Below, one piece after another: positions 30,425 through 38,283 of a stretch of 48,848 bases of DNA. Position 1 is the first letter of the stretch. Every line of letters starts with the position of its first letter. Position numbers and translations under genes: made by a program. The notes beneath the pieces were generated by a model that saw nothing but the letters and a program-made list of their open reading frames with translations, was not told the origin of the DNA and did not search any database. Origin of the DNA: an uncultured Eubacteriales bacterium (lineage in GTDB: Bacteria; Bacillota; Clostridia; TANB77; UBA1234); NCBI GenBank assembly GCA_964602275.1, contig CAZRQF010000001.1, positions 1-48,848 of the forward strand. The letters run 5' to 3'.

Positions 30425-30799
30425 ATGAATAAATTTAAAATGTTTTATATAACAGTTATAATTTTTAGTATAATTATGATACTTACAGGAGGTTTTAAAG
30501 GAAATGTAAATATTTACTCGTATAATGATGCAGACATGGGAATAATTGATGGTTTCCAAGGAAATGTTTTTTTATCAATACTTAATTGCTTTGTCGTTGC
30601 TGTAATTATAATATTGACAATAATTATGACATTTAATAAGGATAACAAGATAAATATAAAATGGCTATTATTTGTTTTTACAATTTTATTGGTATTAAGC
30701 ATTCCGATAGGAATTGATTCTTATTCGGGTGGCATTGCAGGAATAATAGATGAAAGAAAAATATACTTATGGAACATACCATTTTATTTGATTAGATAA
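30425..30799 (+). CDS. hypothetical small membrane protein
   Basis: Three predicted TM helices and an AGGAG RBS at 30412-30416. The start is ambiguous (GTG 30416, ATG 30419 or ATG 30425). Confidence 0.5.
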   Translation: MNKFKMFYITVIIFSIIMILTGGFKGNVNIYSYNDADMGIIDGFQGNVFLSILNCFVVAVIIILTIIMTFNKDNKINIKWLLFVFTILLVLSIPIGIDSYSGGIAGIIDERKIYLWNIPFYLIR

Positions 30800-30826
30800 C
30801 TTACAATTTGCAGAGGAGAGTATCAT

Positions 30827-31240
30827 ATGTTAAAACTTAAAGAAAATGTAAATAATGTAGATGAATTTAATTTATTATATGATTTAGTTGGTTGGGACTC
30901 GTATGATAAAAAAATATCACAAAAAGCATTAAATAATACTTTTTATTCAATAAGTATTTATGATGATGAACAAATAATAGGATATGGAAGATTAATTGGA
31001 GATGGTATATGTTTTATGTATATACACGATGTTATGGTTAAGCCTGAATATCAAAATAAAAAAATAGGAACGATGATTATGAATAAACTTATTGAAAAAA
31101 TAGAGTTGATAAAGAAAGAAAATTCAGATATAAGAGTTTATCTTGGAGCATCAAAAGGCAAAGAAGGATTTTATGAAAAATTTGGATTTGTAAAAAGAGA
31201 AGATGCTAATTTGGGTGCTGGTATGATATATTATAAATGA
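30827..31240 (+). CDS. GNAT family N-acetyltransferase
   Basis: Acetyl-CoA binding motif VKPEYQNKKIGTMIMNKLIE and C-terminal FYEKFGF. Confidence 0.85.
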   Translation: MLKLKENVNNVDEFNLLYDLVGWDSYDKKISQKALNNTFYSISIYDDEQIIGYGRLIGDGICFMYIHDVMVKPEYQNKKIGTMIMNKLIEKIELIKKENSDIRVYLGASKGKEGFYEKFGFVKREDANLGAGMIYYK

Positions 31241-31260
31241 TAAATAAGGAGAAAAAAGTA

Positions 31261-31812
31261 ATGAGAAAAGATTTAGGAAATAAAATGAACTTTTTGCCAC
31301 TTCCAGTTTTAATGATAGGAACTTATGACAAAGAAGGAAAAGCAAATGTAATGAATGCAGCATGGGGTGGAATACATGATTATGGTAAGATATACATATC
31401 ACTTTCAAAACACAAAACAACAGAAAATTTAGAACTAAAAAAAGCATTTACAGTAGGATTTGCAACAAAAAACACAACTGAAATATCAGACTATTTTGGA
31501 GTAGTATCTGGAAATGATGAAGACAAAATTGCAAAAGCAGGAGTACATATTGTAAAATCAAATTTTGTAGATGCACCAATTATTGAAGAATACCCACTAA
31601 CATTAGAATGTACGGTAGATTCATTTGAAGATGGAGAACTAATAGGAACAGTTGTAAATTGTTCTGTTGATGAAAAATATTTAGATGAAAATGGAAAAAT
31701 TGATGTTGATAAAATGGAGATAATCACATTTGACATGGTAAGCAATACTTATAGAGTTTTAGGCGAAGTAGTAGGAAATGCCTTCAAAGATGGAGTAAAA
31801 TTAAAAGATTAA
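31261..31812 (+). CDS. flavin reductase-like (FMN-binding split-barrel) protein
   Basis: Flavin_Reduct pattern (PLPVLMIGTYDKEGKANVMNAAWGG..., SGNDEDKIAKAG). ATG 31261 follows AAGGAG. Confidence 0.75.
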   Translation: MRKDLGNKMNFLPLPVLMIGTYDKEGKANVMNAAWGGIHDYGKIYISLSKHKTTENLELKKAFTVGFATKNTTEISDYFGVVSGNDEDKIAKAGVHIVKSNFVDAPIIEEYPLTLECTVDSFEDGELIGTVVNCSVDEKYLDENGKIDVDKMEIITFDMVSNTYRVLGEVVGNAFKDGVKLKD

Positions 31813-31892
31813 AATATATATAGCAATATTTGGTATATTTTTCAACCAAAAGAATTTGAAAAAACAACTAATGTTGAAATGAGGAATGAATT

Positions 31893-32201
31893 GTGAAAAT
31901 AATAACATTATGTGGAAGTTTAAAGTTCCAAAAAGAAATGATGATAATAGCAGAAAAATTGGCTTTAGAAGGAAATTGTGTCTTTACGCCTGTTTATTCA
32001 GTATTGGAAAATGTTGAAAAAACAGAAGAACAATTGCTAAAAATAAAAGAAGCACATTTTAAAAGAATAGAATTATCTGATGCTATATTAGTAGTAAATG
32101 TAAATAACTATATTGGGGATAGTACGAAAGCAGAAATAGAATTTGCTAAAAAATTAGGAAAAGAAGTTCTATATTATACAGATTTAATTAAAAATAATTA
32201 G
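31893..32201 (+). CDS. small Rossmann-like protein resembling nucleoside 2-deoxyribosyltransferase-like families
   Basis: 102 aa with ITLCGSLKF...SDAILVVN...YIGDSTKAEIEFAKKLGKEV, a pattern typical of NDT-like / DUF4406-like proteins. The start is GTG after GAGGA. The family assignment comes from memory only. Confidence 0.45.
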   Translation: MKIITLCGSLKFQKEMMIIAEKLALEGNCVFTPVYSVLENVEKTEEQLLKIKEAHFKRIELSDAILVVNVNNYIGDSTKAEIEFAKKLGKEVLYYTDLIKNN

Positions 32202-32251
32202 ACCGACAAATTATAATTTTTTGCAGAAACTAGAATTTGAATTCTAATAAA

Positions 32252-32310
32252 ATTGGAAAGAAAAAGAATATGGAGTTTTAGGTATAAAAATAAGAATTTG
32301 TTCATTTTAA
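32252..32310 (+). pseudogene. 3' remnant of a second ASCH-domain gene
   Basis: Encodes IGKKKEYGVLGIKIRICSF*, which matches the C-terminus of the 27907 ASCH protein (EKQKQYGVLGIRIEKV). There is no upstream ORF. Confidence 0.5.
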
Positions 32311-32445
32311 TATTATATATTTTTTAGAAGTTGATGAAAATAAATAAATACATATAAGAGAAGTAAATTCTCTAGTTCTTTATATTTAATATCTATATAA
32401 ACTTTATAATACATATGAAATTAATTTAAAGGAGGTTTTTTCTGT

Positions 32446-32997
32446 ATGAAAGATCTTATTTATGTGACTGGAAATCAGTATAAACTATATACTGCTAAGA
32501 AGTTTCTTGAGCCTTATGGTATTAATGTGACCGGTAAAAAAATTAATTGTATCGAAATACAAGCTGATACAATTGAAGAGGTCGCAAAGTATTCTGCAGA
32601 GTATGCTGCAAATGTTTTGAATTGTGCCGTGTTGAAGAATGATATGGGACTTGTTGTGCCTGCTTTGAATGGTTTTCCGTCTGCATATACTCACTATGTT
32701 GAGGATACATTAGGGGAAGAGGGACTATTGAAGCTTATGGCGGGTGTAAGTAATAGGCAAGCGTATTTTTTGGAATGTTTAGCATATGCAGAACCTGGTA
32801 AAGAAACAAAATGTTTTTTCTCGAAAACTTTCGGCACTTTAGCTGAAAATGTAGATGGTACATATGGGTGGAGTTGGGATAAAATATTTATTCCAAATGG
32901 CAGTGAAAAAACTATGGCAAATTTTGATGATGAAGAGAGAGCAAGCTTTTGGTCTAATGAAGGATATGTTGAACTTTCTAAGTATTTAAACACTTGA
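32446..32997 (+). CDS. Ham1/ITPase-family non-canonical purine NTP pyrophosphatase (divergent)
   Basis: YVTGNQYKL, NDMGLVVPALNGFPSAYT, RQAYFLECLAY and GWSWDKIFIP match the Ham1 fold motifs. The usual C-terminal SHR motif is absent. Confidence 0.7.
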   Translation: MKDLIYVTGNQYKLYTAKKFLEPYGINVTGKKINCIEIQADTIEEVAKYSAEYAANVLNCAVLKNDMGLVVPALNGFPSAYTHYVEDTLGEEGLLKLMAGVSNRQAYFLECLAYAEPGKETKCFFSKTFGTLAENVDGTYGWSWDKIFIPNGSEKTMANFDDEERASFWSNEGYVELSKYLNT

Positions 32998-33027
32998 TAA
33001 TTTCTTTTTTTCACATTTAGATATTTA

Positions 33028-33060
33028 ATAGGTGGTAATTTTATACCACCTATATTTTTG
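33028..33060 (+). terminator. intrinsic terminator after the Ham1-like gene
   Basis: ataggtggta (33028-33037) pairs with taccacctat (33044-33053), followed by ATTTTTG. Confidence 0.75.
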
Positions 33061-33109
33061 TTCTTTAATTTTATCACTTATATAATTTTAAAAAACTCAC
33101 AAAAACCAC

Positions 33110-33170
33110 TTGACAAACAAAAACTACAAGCGTAGTATATTCGTATAAACTACACTTGTAGTTTATACGA
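33110..33170 (+). promoter_or_regulatory. promoter plus BlaI/MecI-type TACA/TGTA operators
   Basis: TTGACA (33110-33115), a 17-nt spacer and TAGTAT (33133-33138). A partial dyad AAACTACAAGCGTAGTA lies at 33121-33137. A perfect 14-2-14 palindrome TCGTATAAACTACActTGTAGTTTATACGA lies at 33141-33170. Confidence 0.75.
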
Positions 33171-33183
33171 AGGAGGAGGTAAA

Positions 33184-33543
33184 ATGAAAGATATTTCAAA
33201 GTCAGAGCTTGAAATTATGCAGTTTTTATGGAAAAAAGGCGAAAGTACTTCGGTGGAAATTGTAAAAGGTGTTAGTAGTAAAAAAGAATGGAAAAGTAAT
33301 ACTATTATGACATTGGTTTCTAGGCTTGTGCAGAAAGGTTTTGTTGAATCGATAAAAAATAAGGGTGATTTAATAATATATAAGCCTATTGTTTTAGAAC
33401 TTGATTATAAATCTAAAGAAACAAACAGCTTTATTGAAAAAATGTATGACGGTTCTGTTAATGATATGCTAGTTGCTTTTGCAAAATCTAAGAAACTAAC
33501 TAAAAAAGATTTGGAAGATTTAATTAAACTGATTGATGATTAG
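33184..33543 (+). CDS. BlaI/MecI/CopY family transcriptional repressor
   Basis: Penicillinase_R winged helix (SELEIMQFLWKKG..., NTIMTLVSRLVQKGFV) and a C-terminal dimerisation helix. An M56 gene follows. Confidence 0.88.
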   Translation: MKDISKSELEIMQFLWKKGESTSVEIVKGVSSKKEWKSNTIMTLVSRLVQKGFVESIKNKGDLIIYKPIVLELDYKSKETNSFIEKMYDGSVNDMLVAFAKSKKLTKKDLEDLIKLIDD

Positions 33544-33554
33544 GAGGCTAACTG

Positions 33555-34980
33555 ATGATATGTTTAGAAGAAATATTTGCAAATATTTTATCCATGTCGA
33601 CAATAGCAAGTTTAATTTTTGTACTTATTATGTGTGTTAGACAACTTTTGAAAAATAAAATTAGTTTTTCAAAATTAAATTTGCTATGGATTGTTTTTAT
33701 TTGCACATTAATAATTCCAATTAGATTTTCTAGCCCTCTAAGCATAAAAAATTTTTTGCCTGAGGAAAAATCAATTTCATTTATTAATCTAGAAAATGCC
33801 ATTGAAGTTGAAAATACAAAGACAGAAAATGAAAATCATATAATTAATATACATATTCCTTATACACGGTTTTATATGGTTAGTAATTATGAGTTTGTTG
33901 ATGCTTAAAGATATTTGTGTTTATTTAAAGTTTTCAAAAACTAGCAATAAAAATATTTCAGAAATTTCAAGCGATGTTTATGAGATATTTGAAAAATGTA
34001 AGACACAATTAAATATTAAAACTAATATAAATTTTGTTGTTCAAGAACAAATTAAAACACCTTCTCTTTATGGAATTTTAAGTCCACGAATATTAGTGAC
34101 AAACGATGTTGTTTCTTTATCAAAAGATGAATTAGAATGTATTTTTATTCATGAATTAAATCATTATAAATCTAAACATCAGTACATTTATATGATTTTA
34201 TTATTATTAAAAAGAATATATTGGTTTAATCCGATAATTTATTTTGCAGATAAAATAATCAAACAAGATTTAGAATATATGATAGATGAGCAAGTGCTAG
34301 ATATTTTCAAAAATGAGAAGACATATTTTAAAACAATAGTGAAAGTATTAGCAATGAGTAGTGGCTTGGTATGTTCGATTCCTAATATTTGTGGTGGAAA
34401 AGTCGAAGTAGAAAGGAGAATAAAACAAATGAAGAATAAAAAAGTTAATACATTATTTTCGAGAATTGTAGTTTGTGCAATTATTGTGACTCTTTCAATG
34501 ATAACTATTTCGCTAGCAAGTGAAAAAACATATACAAACGATGATTTATTTAGTGGAGAATTAATTTTAGAAAACGATGAAACACAAGGAAAAACAGAAG
34601 TAGTTAAACCGCTTGCAAATGCGATTGTTACAGCAGCTTTTGGCGAGCATGTTAATCCAATAACTGGTCAAAAAATAGTTCACACTGGCATAGATGTAAC
34701 ATCTAATGAAACAGATGAAATAGTTTCGATAGCAGATGGAAAAGTAATATTTGTTGGTTATGATGTTCAAAGAGGAAATAATATTAAAATTAAACATCAA
34801 GATGGTAGTGTTTCAGCTTATTCGCACGGTAAAGAAATTTTAGTAAAAGAAGGCGATGAAGTTCATGCAGGCGAAAAGATAATGATTATGGGAGTAACTG
34901 GAATGGCAACGGGTGAACACTTACATTTTGAACTTATAAATTCAGCTGGGGAATATGTTGATGTAAATCAAATTTTCTAA
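33555..34980 (+). pseudogene. BlaR1-like M56 sensor metalloprotease with C-terminal M23/LytM domain, interrupted by a frameshift
   Basis: ORF 33555-33908 encodes the N-terminal TM helices. ORF 33889-34980, in the +1 frame and open from 33844, carries the next TM, the M56 HEXXH (HELNH at 34150), another TM, and an M23 domain (HTGIDV, HLHFE). The two ORFs overlap at 33844-33908. Confidence 0.75.
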
Positions 34981-35112
34981 TATGAAGAATGTTTGGTTGG
35001 AAGAAGTAAACAGGTGATTTATCAAACACATTTGTGCAAAAAAATTTAAAAATTTAAAAAAATCTTGAAAATTTTTTAAAAATATATTAATATAATCATA
35101 TCGTGTAGCGAG

Positions 35113-35150
35113 AGCGTAAGTCCAGAAAGCTGGGCTTGCGCTATTTTTTT
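35113..35150 (+). terminator. strong intrinsic terminator, 30 nt upstream of the MATE start
   Basis: A 13-bp stem agcgtaagtccag (35113-35125) with ctgggcttgcgct (35130-35142, two G-U pairs), an AAAG loop and a T7 run at 35144-35150. Confidence 0.8.
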
Positions 35151-35179
35151 GTGTCTAAAAAATAGAAGGAGTGTGTAAT

Positions 35180-37141
35180 ATGGAAGAAATACAAAAAAAC
35201 AAAATGGCGGAAACGCCAATGAAAAAATTATTATTAAAAATGGGTTTACCAATGATTATATCAATGGTGCTACAAGCATTATATAATGTTGTTGATAGTA
35301 TGTTTGTAGCTAATATGAAAGAAGACGGAGCACTCGCAAATCAAGCACTAACCATTGCTTTTCCAATTCAAATTTTGATTATAGCAATAGGTGTTGGAAC
35401 TGGGATAGGGTTAAATGCATTATTGTCAAAAAGTTTAGGAGAAAAAGATCATGAAAAAGTAAATAAGATAGCAGGGAACGGAATATTTTTAAGTGTTTGC
35501 ATATTTTTAGTATTTTTGCTATTTGGTGTTTTTGGCACTGAATGGTTTATTTCATTGTTTGCAGGTGGAAATACAAAAGTAATATCTATGGGAACGACCT
35601 ACCTAAAAATTTGTACTTGTTTATCATTAGGTTCAATTGGATATACGGTATACGAAAGATTTTTGCAATCGACTGGAAAAACGATGTTGTCTACAATTGC
35701 ACAAATATCAGGTGCGGTTGCAAATATTGTTTTGGACTATATATTTATATTCCCACTAGAAATGGGAGTAGCTGGTGCAGCTTGGGCAACAGTTATTGGT
35801 CAATTTATTTCTTTATTTGTTGCAATGTTTTTTCACTATACTAAAAATAAAGAAATAAATGGCAATATAAAATATATTAAACCAGAAATTAATTTAATTA
35901 AAGGAATTTACCAAATAGGAATTTCGGCTGCGATTATGCAGGCATTACTTTCGGTTATGATGGCAGGTATGAATGCGATACTTGGAATGGCAAAAGCAGA
36001 TGCTACAATTCTTGTTGGTTCATTTGGAATTTACTATAAAATACAACAAATAGCATTGTTTTCTGCGTTTGGGTTATCTAATACTATAATATCAATATTA
36101 TCATTTAATTATGGAATGAAAGATAAGGAAAGAATAGATGCTTGTATTAAATATGGAATTTTAGATACTATGATTGTTTCATTTATTTTAACAATTGTTT
36201 TTGAAATTTTTGCTAAACCATTATCAAGTCTATTTGCTTTATCAGAAGGCACAAGTAAAGAAATTGTAGAACTTTGTACTGTTTCGCTTCGAATAGCAAG
36301 TATAGGCTTTGTATTTATGGGATTTTCTGTTGCTGTGCAAGGCATATTACAATCACTTGGTTATGCGGTAAGACCTTTAATAATATCATTATTAAGATTA
36401 GTTATATTCGTATTTCCACTAGCATATTTCTTCACATTATCTGATAATGTAACAAATATTGTTTGGTGGACATTTCCAATAGCAGAAGCGTTAACAGCTA
36501 TAGTATCTATATTTATATTAAAAAGAACATACAAAGAAAAAGTAGCAATATTAGAAGAAAACGAAAAGAAAAAAGATGTAAACGAGAAGCTAATCATATC
36601 AATATCAAGACAACATGGAACAGGTGGAAAAGAAATCGCAAGAAAAGTAGCCGAAAAGTTAAGCATGAAATTTTATGATAAAGAAGAAATTAAGAAATTT
36701 GCAATTGAAAATTCTTTAATTGAAAATAAATATAGTGATGATGAACTTTATAATTTTTATTTATCATTAGATGCCGAAAAAGATTCTATGATAAAACAAG
36801 CAGAAACAATAAAGATGATTGCATCAAAAAATGACTGTGTAATTGTTGGTAGATGTGCAGATTATATATTAAAAGATAATCCAAATTTAATAAAAATATT
36901 TTTATATGCTCCAATGGAATATAGGATAAATAAAGTGCAAGAAATGTATAAAGATAGTTATGATAATGCTAAAAAACATATAATCAAATCAGATAAATCA
37001 AGAACTTCATATTATGAGATAATTGCAAACAAACAATGGGGCGATAAAGAAAACTATGACCTATGTATTAATTGTGAAATTGGTAATGATAAAATAGTTA
37101 ATACTATATGTGAATATATAAAAAATATACTTGCACATTAA
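35180..37141 (+). CDS. MATE efflux transporter fused to a cytidylate-kinase-like (Cytidylate_kin2) domain
   Basis: About 450 aa form a 12-TM MATE/NorM-like region (MGLPMIISMVLQALYNVVDSMFV). This continues in frame, from about nt 36585, with IISISRQHGTGGKEIARKVAEKLSMKFYDKE...GRCADYIL. ATG 35180 follows AAGGAG. Confidence 0.8.
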   Translation: MEEIQKNKMAETPMKKLLLKMGLPMIISMVLQALYNVVDSMFVANMKEDGALANQALTIAFPIQILIIAIGVGTGIGLNALLSKSLGEKDHEKVNKIAGNGIFLSVCIFLVFLLFGVFGTEWFISLFAGGNTKVISMGTTYLKICTCLSLGSIGYTVYERFLQSTGKTMLSTIAQISGAVANIVLDYIFIFPLEMGVAGAAWATVIGQFISLFVAMFFHYTKNKEINGNIKYIKPEINLIKGIYQIGISAAIMQALLSVMMAGMNAILGMAKADATILVGSFGIYYKIQQIALFSAFGLSNTIISILSFNYGMKDKERIDACIKYGILDTMIVSFILTIVFEIFAKPLSSLFALSEGTSKEIVELCTVSLRIASIGFVFMGFSVAVQGILQSLGYAVRPLIISLLRLVIFVFPLAYFFTLSDNVTNIVWWTFPIAEALTAIVSIFILKRTYKEKVAILEENEKKKDVNEKLIISISRQHGTGGKEIARKVAEKLSMKFYDKEEIKKFAIENSLIENKYSDDELYNFYLSLDAEKDSMIKQAETIKMIASKNDCVIVGRCADYILKDNPNLIKIFLYAPMEYRINKVQEMYKDSYDNAKKHIIKSDKSRTSYYEIIANKQWGDKENYDLCINCEIGNDKIVNTICEYIKNILAH

Positions 37142-37196
37142 TCAAAATTTTGTATAAAAATTGGGGTTCATTTCACATCTTTAAGCGAATTTGAAT

Positions 37197-37216
37197 AATT
37201 GTAAAAATTTACAATT
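37197..37216. promoter_or_regulatory. 8-4-8 palindrome upstream of the HXXEE gene
   Basis: AATTGTAAaaatTTACAATT abuts a possible -35 TTGAAG and a TATTAT -10. Confidence 0.3.
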
Positions 37217-37359
37217 GAAGTAGACAGACTAAAAATAATATTATAGAATAGTTGCAGAGGAAATGATGATATTAGAATGAAATTGCATTCTTATAGCTAC
37301 TTATCTAGTGTCAGAAAATTTAATTAGAACAAAAGTGAACTGAAAAGGAGACTACCAAA

Positions 37360-38013
37360 ATGAAAAAATGGTGTAGTAAAATTTGGATATATGTTATGTG
37401 CATAATAGGAGTTATGATGACGGTATTATTGATAAAAAATTGGAATATATGGACTATTCCGATGAAAATGGTTGCATTAAATGCAATAATTCTTCCGTTA
37501 CATGTTATAGAAGAATGGATTATGCCAGGTGGTTTTCATTATGCCTATAATATTAACAAAGGTATTACAGATGAAAAATTATTGCATAAATATCCAATGA
37601 ATCAATTAACTGATATGTTAACTAATTTTATTGCTGAAATATTTTTTTGCGTTTTAGTATTCTTAAAAGTAGGAAAAGCAGTCGCTTTTGGTGTTATGGC
37701 ATTTGATTTTATGGAAGCTGTTATGCACACCGTGATAGGAATAAGAATGAAAAAACAATTTAAAAGTCACGGAAAGAAAACTATATATGGACCAGGTTCT
37801 ATTACAGCATATTTGGCACAATTGCCTGTCGGAATATTTTTAGCAGTTTGGTATTTTCAAAATGGACTAACTTTGGTAGAGGTTGCTATCGGAATAATAA
37901 CAATGTTACTTGGTTCAATATGTATGATAAATCTTCCGGAAGGATTATTAAAAAAAGAAAATAATAATTATGAATTTGCTGATGCGGGATATTTTAAAAA
38001 ATATTTAAAGTAA
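37360..38013 (+). CDS. HXXEE domain membrane protein
   Basis: Multi-TM protein with an LPLHVIEEW motif and an AAGGAG RBS. Confidence 0.7.
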   Translation: MKKWCSKIWIYVMCIIGVMMTVLLIKNWNIWTIPMKMVALNAIILPLHVIEEWIMPGGFHYAYNINKGITDEKLLHKYPMNQLTDMLTNFIAEIFFCVLVFLKVGKAVAFGVMAFDFMEAVMHTVIGIRMKKQFKSHGKKTIYGPGSITAYLAQLPVGIFLAVWYFQNGLTLVEVAIGIITMLLGSICMINLPEGLLKKENNNYEFADAGYFKKYLK

Positions 38014-38056
38014 AAAACAATTATAAAAAAGTATGAAGAAAGGAAGTTGAACTTAT

Positions 38057-38161
38057 ATGAAAAATTTAATTGTTTATTATTCTTATGAGGGAAATACAGA
38101 AGAGTTGGTAAAAGGAATGAAAAAGAAAGTTAATAATTGGCTTAAAGATAATTTAAAATAG
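38057..38161 (+). pseudogene. internally deleted flavodoxin remnant (34 codons)
   Basis: MKNLIVYYSYEGNTEELVKG is a typical flavodoxin N-terminus. It is joined directly to a short tail, NNWLKDNLK*. Confidence 0.5.
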
Positions 38162-38188
38162 AAGTTGAAGTTTAAATATCAAGATATA

Positions 38189-38203
38189 CATTGCGTGACC
38201 AAC
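38189..38203. repeat. 15-nt motif CATTGCGTGACCAAC, copy 1
   Basis: Identical to 40291-40305. It lies 4 nt upstream of the -35 TTGAAA (38208-38213); TATAAT is at 38230-38235. Confidence 0.85.
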
Positions 38204-38283
38204 TAGCTTGAAAAATACCTGATTTAGCGTATAATTGCATAAAAAGTATGTAAAAACCTACTTTTTTATAGATTATATGAAAA

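Noticed and set aside
27907-32997. Idea that the run of small same-strand genes is an integron-like cassette array
   Set aside because: There is no intI-type integrase. I could not find attC-like imperfect inverted repeats with RYYYAAC/GTTRRRY cores between the genes. Several genes have their own terminators and promoters.
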